DNA of 61,020 nt, taken from the NCBI GenBank assembly GCA_010909165.1, contig MU008187.1:1-61020 (forward strand), read 5' to 3'. A program made the position numbers and the translations under genes. This document shows positions 35,745 through 48,500 of this stretch, in pieces. The notes under the pieces were generated by a model. The model searched no databases, was not told the DNA's origin, and was given only the letters and a program-made list of their open reading frames with translations. Source of the DNA: Anthoceros angustus (lineage: Eukaryota; Plantae; Anthocerotophyta). Positions within the stretch are counted from its first letter, which is position 1. Each line of letters starts with the position of its first letter.

Positions 35745-38700
35745 TTATTGAGATTGGGACTTGGCAGCCTGTTCAAAATACACCGAAAAATCTGCCAGTC
35801 CAAGGCCTTGCATGTGCTGATAGTGTTTCTGTTTGGGCAGCCCTTTTGTCAAGATGTCAGCTGTGTTTTCATCTGTAGCAATGTAACCGACCTTGATGAC
35901 TCCTCGTTCCACTACATCGCATATGTAGTGATGTTGTATTTCGATATGCTTTGTCCTGGCATGAAACTTAGGGTTTGCAACCAACGCCAAAGCAGACATG
36001 TTATCACACAGCAGGGAGGTAGGGGAGTCTTGTAACTGTCCCAAGTCTTTTAAGAAACTTCTTTCCCACTCAACTTCTTTGGATGCATCTGTTAAAGACT
36101 TGTACTCTGCTTCCGTGGACGAGAGCGCTATGGAAGACTGCTTTTTGCAGCTCCAGTTCACAGCAGCAGATGCAAGCAAGAAACAGTAGGTACTTAGGCT
36201 TTTTCTCGAATCTGAGTCCGATGCCCAGTCAGCATCAGTGTAACCTGTAAGTACTAGCTTCTTCGCTCCACTGCTCTTGTAAAATAGCCCATAACTCTGC
36301 GTCCCCTTAAGGTACCTAAATATTCTCTTAACAGCACTCCAATGACTCCTTCCAGGTTTTTCCAAGAACTGAGAGACAGTTGAGACTGAGTACTGTATAT
36401 CTGGGCGTGTCCAGTTGCCCACGAAGATAAGACTTCCAACGGCATGTCTATAAGGTACCTCAGACATGTCCTGAATTTCATCTGCTGTTTGTGCACACTG
36501 GAGGCTAGTTAGCTTAACTCCAACAGCATATGGAGTTGTAGCGGGTCTGGCCTGGTCAAGTCTGAACTTCCGTAGGATCTCATTTATATATTTATATTGA
36601 TGTATAATTATGAGGCCTTCGTTTCTGACTCTTAGGATTTGTATACCCAAACAGAAGCGAAGTTCCCCGATATCCTTCATGTCGAATTTGCTACTTAACA
36701 TCTCCTTAACTTCTGCTAATAACGGCTTGCTGTTGGTTGCAAGAATTACATCATCGACGTACAAAGCAAGCAACACGAAGTCCTCTCCCTTAGTGAGCAT
36801 GTAGACATTACTGTCTGCAGCATTCTGGACGAAGGAGATACTCAGCAGATAGAGATGCATGGTAATGTACCAGACCCTGCCGCTCTGTTTGAGGCCATAT
36901 ATGCATTTCAACAGCTTGAGTACTTTACGAGGGTGGTTTTTGTCAATGTAACCCTCAGGTTGCTCCATATAAAGGTCTTCTTCGAGGGCACCATAAAGAA
37001 AGGCTGTACATACATCCATCTGGTGTAATTCAAGGTCAAGCTCAGCAGCTAGGGCTAAAATGATACGGATAGACTGTGCTCGAACGACAGGTGAGAAGGT
37101 CTCCTAGTAGTCTAGTCCTTCAACCTGAGTAAATCCACGTGCAACCAATCTGGCTTTATAACGTGCTATTGCTCCTTGTGCATTGAGTTTTAACTTAAAT
37201 ACCCACTTGCACGAGATAGGCTTGCGTCCTCGTGGGAGGTCGACTAATACCCATGTCTTGTTCTTGACGAGGGACTGGTACTCATCCTCCACTGCGATCT
37301 GCCACTTGGAGGACTCGGGACAAGAGTAAGCCTGTGACAGAGAAGTGGGTTCGTCAGGAAGGACAGAGAGGGGAAGAAATTGATCAGGATGGAGGGAATC
37401 CACTTTACAGGTGGAGGATCTAAAATCCAAGGACTGGTAGCGGGGTTCCTTCCATTGGTCAGGAGAAGGCCTGTGACGTGAGCTACGACGAGGGGCTAAA
37501 TCAGACTCCACTGGATCAGGCCCCACGGGATGTGGAATGTGAATTACAGCACCTTCCACACCCTGAATGTCCTCCAATGAATCTGCAGGCTGAAGGTGAT
37601 CACTGCCAGAGGACAGAGAAGCATGATCATAAATGTCAGCATCAAGGTCGTCCACTTGGGCATTAAAATTATCGGGTACAGCAGGATCCATAATGGCATC
37701 CAGAGGAGCAGGGCCAGCATCATCAGGTTCATCAGAAATGAGAGAAGGAACATCTTCGCCGTCATCTGATGGATATGTGGCAGCTGACCCTGGATCCAAG
37801 TCCGGAGGTAGCTGACCGTCTCCCTCTGAAGATGGCTCAACTGAAAAGTCCGAATGAAGATCCGCTGAAACGGGCTGTGAAGGCTCGATAAAGGTAACGC
37901 TCCTGGCCAAGGTGATAGTCTGATTGACAGGATCATACAACTTGTAAGCTTTAACATGTTCACTGTAGCCTACAAAAATCAACCTCTTGGCTCGGGAATC
38001 TAACTTTCGCCTCTTGTCTGCAGGGATGTAAGCAAAGGCAGGGGAGCCAAAAACTCGCAGGTGCAAGAGGCTAGGTTTCCTGCGCCAGAAAACTTCATAC
38101 GGCGTCTTACCAGGTACAGAACTGGTTAGTACCCTATTCAGGACATAGGTAGCTGTGACTACGGCCTCTGCCCAATAACCCTGAGGTAACCCAGCCCATA
38201 GGAGCATACTTCGCGTCATGCCCAGAAGGGTCTGGTTCTTGCGTTCTGCAACACCATTCTGTTGTTGCGTATAAGGGACTATGAGCTGCCTTTCTATTCC
38301 ACGCTCTTGTAGAAAAGTGTCAAAAGCAGTATTCACAAACTCTGTCCCATTATCAGTCCTCAGGACCTTGAGCAATTGACCTGATTGTCGCTGAACGGTC
38401 ACTAACCAATCCTTGAAGAGTGAAAATGTGTCACTTTTGAACTGCATGGGGAATGTCCAGGAGTACCGACTATAGTCATCCGTCAATGTGAAATAGTATA
38501 AGGCTCCTCCTAGAGAGGGTTGGTGAATCTTTCCTGAAATATCAGCATGCACTAATGCGAGAATTGTGTCTGCCCTGTGAGCATTCTTCGGGAAAGGAAG
38601 CTCCCTCTGCTTCGCTTGAATACAAGACTCGCAAACAGGCAAGTCTTTGAAGCAGTTGGGTAATGGCTCCCTATGGCAACCTTTCACGGACATATCAATT

Positions 38701-39215
38701 AACTTGTGTCTGTTGGCATGTCCTAGACGAGCATGCCACAATGAGGCCATTTGAGAAGAAGACAGGCGTACAGGGCCTGTGGAATAGGCTGCCTCAGAGA
38801 GTGGGTTACAGGAGATGTCCGGACGATATAGATCGTCACGTGGTATACCTCTGAACACACATTTTTCTGGGGCACCAACTGTGTAGAAGCAGCAACCATC
38901 AGTGGTAACTTTCATCTCAAAAGTGCGTTGTCCCATTAACCTGCTCATGGACAGGAGGTTCTTGCCCATCTGAGGTACATATAACACGGGTTCCAAAGTT
39001 AGAACAGTACCATCTGGAAGTGGAAACTTACAAATGCCCTGTCCCAGAATGTGTAGGCTAGTTTTGTTCTGCTCATCCCCAAGTAAAACTCGTTCTTTCA
39101 CAGGAGAAAGATCAAGCACAAAGAATTGTGCTCTTTCATTACAGATGTGGGCAGTAGCTCCTGAATCGAGGTACCACCCACCATCAGCATGTAATGAGCT
39201 CGATAGGCCCATCAA
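35745..39215 (-). mobile_element. pol: Ty1/Copia pol (protease, GAG-pre-integrase, integrase, RT, RNase H) with one in-frame TAG at 37104-37106; gag and 5' LTR missing
   Basis: WYLDSGA; LWHARLGH; CESC; TDDYS...RTDNGTEF...NGVAERKN; YGLKQSG; YVDD; GYTDADWA; EAEY; CDN; ADILTK. ORFs 37104-39215 and 35745-37019 share a frame (GLDY*ETFSPVVR). Confidence 0.97.
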
Positions 39216-39532
39216 TATTTTTGTGATTGCTTTGAGTGTTCAAGCGCCTTTGTCCTTCTGACGACACTAGCGGTAGCCAATCCGAGTTTACGGTTCACGA
39301 TTTCTTTCTGTGGCACTCACGTGCCCAATGGCCGGCGACACCACACCAATTGCAATTGCCTGTTCGGCGAGGACTGGCAGAGCTTGACTCATTCTTGGTG
39401 CTTGCAGGTGCCTTACCTCAACTTTTGCTCTTGCTAAACTTAACGGCCAAAGCCTTGTCACTTCGTGGTTTAATCCCTCCAGCAGCATTGAGCCAATTTT
39501 GCTCTTGTTTGAAGAGGACACATGAAGAGGAC

Positions 39533-39604
39533 TGCATGTCTCTTGCCTGAAGGTGGTGCATGTCTCTTGCTTGAAGGTGGTGCATCTCTCTTGCCTGAGG
39601 GTGT
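39533..39604. repeat. Three 24-bp tandem units TGCATGTCTCTTGCCTGAAGGTGG; a further copy at about 40705-40735
   Basis: Starts at 39533, 39557 and 39581. Confidence 0.9.
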
Positions 39605-39733
39605 TGTGGAGTGCTGGTTGCGGCCGGCTCACTTCTGTGCCGTTCCTAACTCTTGCTATGATTTATGTGAGGCACGAAGCAAGTGGTATAGCTTGGGGCG
39701 TGGCTTGTGTCTCTCTGTTGCGCCGGTGGCTCC

Positions 39734-40142
39734 GTGAATTTGTCAATGGCACTACGCTTACAATGTGAATTTGTCAATGGCACTGGAAACCCGGTAGGCG
39801 TATACAACGTGCAAGATCGCTTTGCAATGGACCTTGTGTATGAGACTACGTTGTGAATTTGGTGTAAAACGTGCAAAGGCTGATCCGGCCTTGTCATACA
39901 TTTACAACATACAAGTGCGCTTTACAGCTGTTGTAAATTAGACTATGTTGTAAAATTGTGGGAGGCCTATCTTGGCCTCTCTTAACGTTTTACAATGTCT
40001 ACAGTGCGGTTTGCAATTGATCGTGTTGTAAATTAGATTAGGTTGCGTATGTTGTAAAACATAGAGAGGCTGATCCTGGCCGTCTCAAACATTTACAGCG
40101 TACAATTGGGCTTTACGGACCGTGTTGTAAAACACGGTCCGT
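39734..40142. repeat. Repeat cluster: a 20-bp direct repeat (39734, 39765), three ~90-bp TGTTGTAAA-rich units, and a terminal 12-bp perfect hairpin (40115-40142)
   Basis: GTGAATTTGTCAATGGCACT twice; recurring TGTTGTAAA and AGGCTGATCC.GGCC; ACGGACCGTGTT-GTAA-AACACGGTCCGT. Confidence 0.85.
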
Positions 40143-41629
40143 TAAACAATTAATGCTTTGTCTTGAGGAGGAACATCCCCTCACGGCTAGATCATCTTAT
40201 GGAGGTGGAATGGGAGCACCATGGATGTGGTCTTGGCGAGTGGGGATAAGCATTCTTGGTTCCAAGAATCTCGTTCTCTCTTGGTTACATCCATCATAGT
40301 GCTATGATGGAGCTATTGAACAACGACCCCTACGTTAGATGGATCGTCTTAATTGGCAAGTGGGGGATGACTGTCTTCAGATTTCAAAGAACCTACTGGT
40401 TTAGTCTTCACTATGATGGACAACTAGTGGTGATTCCACGACCTCATTTTGTAGTCTTGCTTGCTTTGTCGGGGATGTGGTGACATGGAATGCCCTTATG
40501 GTACTGACAAGGGCTCGGCACAGGAGAATGTAGTGGTGGGCACCTACACGGTGGACATGTATGCAAAATTTGGTGAGCTGGAAAATGCACAAGTTTTGTG
40601 ATTGAGCGACCCATGAAAGAGGACGATCTGCGAAATATGGTGAGCTGGAAGATGCAAAAGGGGTGCACTCTATTGTGGAAGGAACGCGATTGCACTCATA
40701 GATGGTGGTGCATGTCTCTTGCCTAAGGGTGTTGTAGAGTCTTGATCGTGGCCACCTCCTGCCGTTTCCTTGTACTCATGCTATGTTTTTAGGAGAGCTT
40801 CATTCTGGCACATATGCTTCCAAATGTTTTCACGATTGCATCACCTGGATCTTGAGTGCATGCATCATGTGGCGAGCACAGTGCACATGTAATCTATGTG
40901 ATGAAGTGCCATGTTACTCTTTTGCCTCAAAGCAAAAACTAACATAGTCGCTTGGCCATGTGGATCATGACCATGTTCGATGGCGCAAAGCAGTGTTGGC
41001 ACTTGGTGTATGCAAAATGTGGTGGCTGGAAGGTGCATGCATTTTGGCGGTGAAACGGCCCATGAAAGAGGAATTTGGGCACCTGGTGGACATGTTTGTG
41101 AAGTGGAAGGTGGTTCACGTGTTGGAGTCTGCTGATTTCTCGATTGACCTTCGTTTTCAAGTGCGATTCGCACCAATTCCACGTAGTACACGGCCGGCGT
41201 CGAGGTAAGCATAATGAGCAATGCCACGAGAACCTCGGCAAGATGTAGACACCTAACGACTTGGCACTAACCATTACCTTCCATGCACCGCGCTCCTCCT
41301 CCTCTCGATGTTGGACTCCAATGCCCTAACGATGCCTCTAGCGGGCTGAAGCTGTAAGGCTAGGTCAGACCCTTTCCGGTGGACATTCTCGTCTTGCAAA
41401 GCGTGCGATGTCGGTTGCAACTTTGTTGTCCACTTGCATTTTGCCACACTACATCTCTTTCACATTTCACATGGATACTGCCAGAAGCCCATAGAACATC
41501 AACCTTTGGGCGTCCCGGATGGCGGCAACCAAAAGGGTTAGGGTTGGTGGCGGTCGAGGACACATTTCCTCAACTCTCCTCGTGGGTCCCGACCACCTAC
41601 TTCACATTCGGCACGAACGACCCCCCTAC

Positions 41630-42190
41630 AACCCCAAAGCGAGCAATTGGCGAGAAGGCGAGCGGATTTGCCACCATCCTCACCAAGGTAATCGACACAC
41701 ATGTGGTGGGATGCTAAGTTGCATTGACCAGCTTCTGAGACAGCGGAGAAGAGTAACCGAAGACCCTTATTATCGTATAGAATGTGGCACAGTGCCATGA
41801 ATTGGAAGTACCTACCTACAGGATCATGGAGGATGAGCGCATGTTGTAGAAGATAGTCGATTAACTAGGCTAGAATCTTTCATAGGCGGGAGGAGCGTGG
41901 GGAGATGCTTTAGAGAAACAGTTCGGGAGCTCAAAAAGGCGGCATGATGGAAAAGTGAGGAAGCAGGAGGCTATCGCAGCCGGGGATTTAGTTCTTCTCT
42001 ACGATAGTCGGTACCTGGACTTCCCAGGGAAGCTTAGGCTGAGATGGATGGGACCTTACGAGGTAGTAGCAGTATATGAGAATGGATCTGTGCAACTCCG
42101 GGTATTAGGCGGAGAATTACTGCCGACCAGAGTGAATGGGTGGAAGGTTAAGAAGTACCTTCAAATTTTGTTGTTTGCGAGGGCAAAAGC
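41630..42190 (+). pseudogene. Ty3/Gypsy (Athila/Tat-like, non-chromovirus) integrase C-terminal remnant
   Basis: EKASG.FATILTKVIDTH; ELEVPTYRIMEDE; GDLVLLYDSRYLDFPGKLRLRWMGPYEVVAVYENGSVQL...VNGWKVKKY; no chromodomain. Confidence 0.9.
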
Positions 42191-44033
42191 GGTGAGAAGG
42201 GGTATGTGGGCGCAAAAGTTTGGGCAACCAGTCCAAAAGAGCCAGAAGACAAACAAGTTTGATTTTTTTTGGCTAAAAACGATTGAGGAGGAGCATGCCA
42301 GGAAATTTTCCGAGAACCTTGAAGCTGGAGTTGTATGGATACTGTTAGGAAGTTGAAGAGGATATCCTAGGGAAAAGAACGGGTCAAAACGACCCCCAGG
42401 CGAGACAGAATGGCAGTCCGAAAGGCGGTGGTGGCGGACTACGTAGGTACCACCACTGCCGATAGGTGAGAAAGGAGCGGACTACGCGGTGGTGACAAAA
42501 TCTCGGCTAAAACGGAAATTAGGATAAGGGGATATCCTATATATGCTCACCAATAGGGATAAAATAGGATTAATTAGAAGGTAATTAATTTGGGGTTGCG
42601 GATAGGGCAGGAAAATAGGTAATTTAGGCAGGCTTGGTAATTTAGGATGTTGAACAGATCTAGGGTTGGGAACTCTCCAGGTGGCAGCAATCCAAGGAGG
42701 GCAAAGTGCAGTTTGGGCAGCGCCAACTTCCGCTTCGAACTGAGGCGTCCTCACTTCGCGAAGAACTGAGACTGGCGCTAGAGCGTAAGAGCGAGGAGGA
42801 GAGGAGGAAGCCGCCATCACCCTCACCACCCCCGCTGCGGTCGAATCGAGCGCAAAGGGAGCTTGACGCAGAAGAAGGAGGGAACCCTAGCGGGCGAGGA
42901 GGAGAGGCGCCAAACACTCTGAGGCGTTGCGGAGACCTTCAAGCGTGACCGTGAGAGGAGGCTAGGAGTCGTCGGAGGCCGTCGAGGCGAGGCGCGGGAG
43001 GGCACTTGAAGCGGCGCAAGGTCGAGGAAATTGAGAGTGAAGGGAGGAGGACCACGACCACCTATCGGCGGCGCCTTGCCCTAAGAGGAGAAATCACGAG
43101 GAAAATTGGCAACAGCTGGGAAGCATCACCAAGCCTAGCGTTGAAATTGTGCGTTAAGAGAGGTTTTGCTGCCAGACTCGAGGAGAAGGAGCGTTTGAGA
43201 GCAAAGTCTTGAGGTTGCCAATTGGGAAGTGATTCACTCCCCTAGCAGCGTTTGGGAAGGAAAACGCCACCATGCCTCGAGCAGGAAAGGGCAAGGGGAA
43301 GGAGCCACCTGCCAAGGGCTCCTCCTCGCGAGGAAAAGGAAAGAAGGTAGAAGCGGAGGCTGCGCCGCCAGGAGGGGGTGAAGTCGAGATGCCCCAATTC
43401 ACTTGTTTTGCAGGGCAGCTTAACCCCCGCGATTTGGTTGATTTTCGGCAATGGGCAGAGGAGGATAACATCCAATTGGGATGGGTGTATGGCCGCCAAT
43501 GGGCCTACACCAATTTGGAGTTGATTGAGGAGTGCTTCATCAATCTCCATCAATCAGAGGCAGCCCTTGCCGCATTACCGGAGAGGAATGCTCGAACGGA
43601 TCCTCGCTGCTGGACCGTAAGGAGCATTCGACAGGTGTATGGGAGACCGGAGGAGGAGAGCTCTGGGTGCTCTCCTCGAAGGACGAATGGAGGAAGAGGG
43701 GCGGCCCTCTCGAAATTCCAGAGCTCCTCGACATGATGGACGGAGGTGAAGGCCCATGCAAGAATGGTGGAAAAGCGAGATAGCATCAAGAGGAAGTGGA
43801 GGCTCTTTGCGAAGATTGTCTGGGGTTGGTAAATTACCAAAGGACTTCTATTTCAGCACCAACTTCCTGCAATTTTGTGGAAGATTTCAGAGGAGCCAAG
43901 CAGTTAGGGCACCATCATGTATGAGGCCTACATCCACCACCGGGAGAAGCTCCTCAAGCCAAATTCGGTGGATGAGGAAGGGCCAAGGCCCTGCTACCTT
44001 AGCACCTATTTGGTGCATTTGTGGGAAACGGAG
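42191..44033 (+). mobile_element. PPT (42191-42204) followed by the start of a diverged family LTR (TGTGG at 42205) that runs into an ORF-like block
   Basis: GGTGAGAAGGGGTA|TGTGGGCGCAAAAGTTTGGGCAAC matches the LTR start at 50581 (minus) and 44034; ORF 43272-43736 follows. Confidence 0.65.
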
Positions 44034-45330
44034 TGTGGAATGCAAAAGTTTGGGCAACAGGCTTAAATGAGTTCGTTTTGAAACAGGCTCACACTCTTTT
44101 GCTAGAAATGGTTTGGTGAAGACATGCAAGGAAAATGTTTTGCTCCTTTTGAGCGGAGTCGAGGACCATGTCGGGAAGGCGAGAAAGGATATGCAGAAAA
44201 AGAAACGGGTCAAAACGACCTTGGTGAGGAAAAGGTAACCTACATGAGTGGTAGGAGGTGTCCCACTGGTGAGAAACTCCTACCATGGTAGCGAGGGTAG
44301 AGAGATCCTACCACCGTAGGAGAATGACCCTGCTAGTGTTTTGATCACTTACCAGTGTAGGAATAGTTCCTACCATGGTAGGAGAGGGTAGGAAGGTATC
44401 CTACCGCCGTAGGAGTAACTCCTACAAGAGGAAGGGCAGACTACCGCGGTAAGCTGGCAGACTACCGCGGTAGGCTGAAGGCATCTCGAACAAAAAGGGA
44501 AATTAGGATAGGGAGATATCCACTATATATGCCCACCAATAGTGGACTAGATAAATGGGTCAGAATAGGAAATTAAAAGCTAGATTGGTTAGGAAACTAG
44601 GGGAAAATAGTATCTTAGTATAAGAGGAATTAGGAAACTCCAATCAAGCTGTGGAAAAGGTGCCACGTGGTGCATATCCAAGGGCAGTAGATTGGTAGTT
44701 ACCATTCTAACCCCAAGTTATCTTTATAATCTGCTGCATGTGTGTAGGAGGTCACAACTTGAAGGTGAGGAAGCGCCAACAATGCAGGAAGGCGCCGCCA
44801 CACCAAGAGCTGTAGAAGAGCCCCACATAGTATTGTGATGTACGTGTGCCTGTGCAGGGATGGAGAAGAGGGGCGCGAGCTAGGCAGCAGAGGAGGAAAA
44901 TAGGCAAGACAAGTAGGGGTGCAACAAGAGAAAAAGAAGGAAGGATAGGGCTGTGTGTTGAACTAGGAGAGGCCATGGCAAGCTGAATTTACAGCTGGGC
45001 TGCAAGATGGAGGTGGACACAGGAAGCGATATGCGGATGGGCTGCAATATGGTGAAGGAATCGCAGCGTGTGCATCATGAAGGCAAAATTGGTGTGAAGG
45101 ATTGGGCAGCAAGGTAGGCTGATTCAAGAGTTGGTCAAGGAGTTCGCTAAGGAGAAATGTGGAGAAGGAGCTTGGTGAGGAGTTCAATAAGCAATGAGTA
45201 AAATGTATTTGGAAGAATGTGCACAAGCAACTTCATGTTGGATATGGGGGTATAAAACTCCAAAGTTAAGCGTCCTTTGAGGATCGATTACTCGGATGGG
45301 GTACCTTTTTGTGAGGAGTATGAGCTTATA
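44034..45330 (+). mobile_element. 5' (U3) portion of a family LTR inserted into the ORF-like block; truncated
   Basis: Starts TGTGGAATGCAAAAGTTTGGG; reverse complement of 48300-50581; the sequence at 311-340 is the matching empty site. Confidence 0.75.
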
Positions 45331-45557
45331 TTTGCAAAAACACATGGGGGATTGGGAAAGTTCTTAGTAGGGGTTTGCGGGTGACGGGCAGATTTTGGAG
45401 GAGGATTGAGCTTTTCCTTGGGTTTCTCTTGGGTAGGATGGTCCCTATGGGCGCCTAGGGCCAAGGAGATGCAGGGAATGTTGTTCTTGCAGGGAGGATT
45501 GATGACTTAAGAGCCTTCTTGGTGCAAGCCGGCTAGGGTCTTGAATTTGTGCAAGAT

Positions 45558-48500
45558 TGTGGGAGGAAAACCCCGGGGCTTAGAGATTCACCCTCTAGTG
45601 GCCACACTTATCCCAAGCCGCTACAATAGGTTTCGTCCCATGAGACTCTTGTTTGTCGGTCACCAACATCCAAGGCACAAACCACACGCCTCTTCACACC
45701 CCAAGCTCCCTCACAGTGGAGCAACTTCAACTCACTCCACAGACAGCCACGCCTCACCATGCGCTCGTCAATCACCGCTTCTAGACCTACAACGACACCC
45801 CTCGACTATAGGTCCACACCCCACGGTGTCGGTGACTACGCGTAGGGACCCCCTACGTTGCAGCGACTTCACCACCCGTGATCGTCCACTATTCCTTTCC
45901 CATCGCCTTCCCACAATTGGCACACCCTCAACCACCAACTCGGCGGCCACGCCACTCCCGCCTTTGCTCGTGAATCACCACTCCTGGACCTACAACGACA
46001 TCCTACGTCGTAGGTCCCCCACGGTAGGTCCTCTCACAAGGGACCCCCTCTGGTGGCGACTTCTCCACCCGTGATTTTGAGACCTTAGCCCGGCTTCCGG
46101 TCTCGGTTTGGTGCGATTTGGGACCCTCCCTTAGGCTCGACTTGGGCCTTCTTCTTACTCCTAATCTCTACCTACTCCTCTACTCAACATTCAGCTCCAC
46201 ATTCTCCTCAACACTCACCTCAACTCAACTCCTCATCCTCCTAATCTAACCTTACTTCAAGCTCACGCCCTAGCTCGCCCTTACGGCTGGCCGGGTGCGC
46301 CTACAAGCCAACAAGTTCTTCCTTGGGCGGGTTGCTATGAGTTTGCACGAGAACCTCCAGTCTTTCCTGTAGTCTACCCTCAGAGTTCCTTGGGCATCGC
46401 CACACACCCAAAGCAAAGCAATTTCACGGCAACCATTCACAAGGAGCAACTGCGAGGCGCCGCAAGGGCGAGCTCTCCAAGCACTCCGACCGCAAACTCC
46501 CTCTCTACCGGGCCTTCGTTAGCTTGCGGCACGAAATTCCTTCACAAGGAGCAAAGGACTCGCGAGTTTGGGAGCGCAAGACGATAATTTTACTTCACAA
46601 GCTCCCTCCTTTTATAGGGAGGTCCTCACATACAGCCTCCCCCTGGCGCGCCCTCCTGGCACTGCCTCACTCCTTATTCTAGTGTATCCTATTGTCAGAC
46701 TTTAAGTTCTGACATCCAAGCATCTTGGGTAAAATTCTATTCTAGCAAACTTCACCTATGTGAGCCTTAATGGCTCCTGTCAACATTCCTATCTAGCTAG
46801 TCAACACACCCTACTGGGTTGACAAGCATTAATGCCTGTCCTCCTCTAAAGAAAAGTCTCCCCCCAAGCAATGAGCCCACACTCCAAGCTACCACCAACC
46901 CCTTCAATTACCTCTAGATGCGGCGTCTGCCGTCGCCTGGTGATCCCTACGGATGTAGGGCCACCCTCTACACCTCCCGGACGTAGGGTCAACTTCTTAT
47001 GGCCCTACCGCCTCCACACTCTCCCTGCAAGAAGGTCTCCCGTGGCGGATCTTGCTCCATGCCTTCCTCTTCCTCCTCCAGTCATCCTCTCGGCCTTCCA
47101 TATACCCGGATGTGTTGGGCTCTTCCCACAGCTCCCTAACCAACTTGCCCTTCTTAGGTGCAGCGCTTTCACCATCTTGTACCTTCAAAATAAGCGCACA
47201 AACAAGACAAGCTTGGGCACGCCCTGCTCGTTTCCACCTAGTTGTCACCTCGGTGCCTACACACAATTGCGAGATTTCTTCACTCGCCACAAAATCCACC
47301 AGAGAGCAACTTCAGCCCTTTTCCACTTACTTCCTCTTCACTCCACACGGTCCCACCTAGCTCAAACTTGATGTCCTCACAACATACACTCCTTATGCAA
47401 ATCCCTCACTTGCAAGGTCCTAGGCACAAAAATTCAGCGCCCTTGCCCTCTTCACAGTTGTGCTTCAAATCCCTTCACACACAACTCCTTATGCACGCAC
47501 CTCCTTCTCCTTGCACACACGGGCTGCGTTCCCAAGTCCTTGCTCTAGCTTTCCTGCATGCACAAGCTCTTAGTGCAATTCCTCGCGGGCTTCCTAGGTG
47601 CCACTCCCTACACACCCGCTTGCATGGCCACACCCTACACTACCTACCCACATATTTATGTGCTATTATTCCTAATATATCCTATTTATCCACAACCTTG
47701 CCTATGCACCCTCTTTGTAACTTCCTAGGTTTGTACACTTGTATCCAAGTAGAGCACCCCTCCCCACGTGGGAGACCTCACCACTCCTACGGTGGGAGAC
47801 ACTCTCATCCTACCTATCTACCTACCTAACTAATGCCCGTAGGAGCCCACCTACCCTACATCCTACCCATCTACACCCTACACTACCTTGTTCCCTACTC
47901 GGTATCCCTACTTGTTCCCTACTTGTTCCCTACATCGGTAGGGGCAGTCGTGGACACGCACCGCCCTACCCATCCCTCGCCGTCACATACATACATGTAG
48001 GGACCCTCCGCCCTACCCATGTAGGGTCCCCTTGTTACCCTACGTACTACCTTCTCGGACCCTCCGCCCTACACCTCGTGGGTGCACCTCCCTACGGTGG
48101 GGTGCCATGCCCTCGTCCACTACCACCTACACCTTCTCCATTCTCGTACTGCCCCTACACACTCCCGCGTGGGTGCACCTCCTGTGAGTGCCATGCCCTC
48201 GTCCTGCCACCTACACCTACTCCATTCGTGGGCTCTCATGTGACTTCACCAAATATAATAAGTTGAAACACCTCACACAAAAGGCCCCATCCGTCTTGAT
48301 CCACCCCTAGGACGCTTAACTCGGGTTCTTACATTCCATTGTCCAACACACCAAATTGGCTTGTGCACAACACTCAACTGAATAAACTTATTCCCGGTGA
48401 ACTCCTCACACCTCAACAACATCTCGTATCAACCCTCCTTGCTACCCATTTCTCCTCGCGGCCACCACGGCCTCCCTTCACTTTGACTTGCAGCCCCTTT

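Noticed and set aside
37104-37106. Programmed stop-codon readthrough in Copia pol
   Set aside because: The stop falls inside a conserved RT-proximal motif (GLDYxETFSPV) and lacks a leaky CARYYA context; a point mutation is simpler
46771-46800. Alternative LTR start (TGTTGACAGG on minus) giving 1.2-kb LTRs and a shared-LTR tandem
   Set aside because: The adjacent purine run is weak, whereas the 50581 boundary has a strong PPT, terminal symmetry and empty-site support; kept only as the refuting alternative
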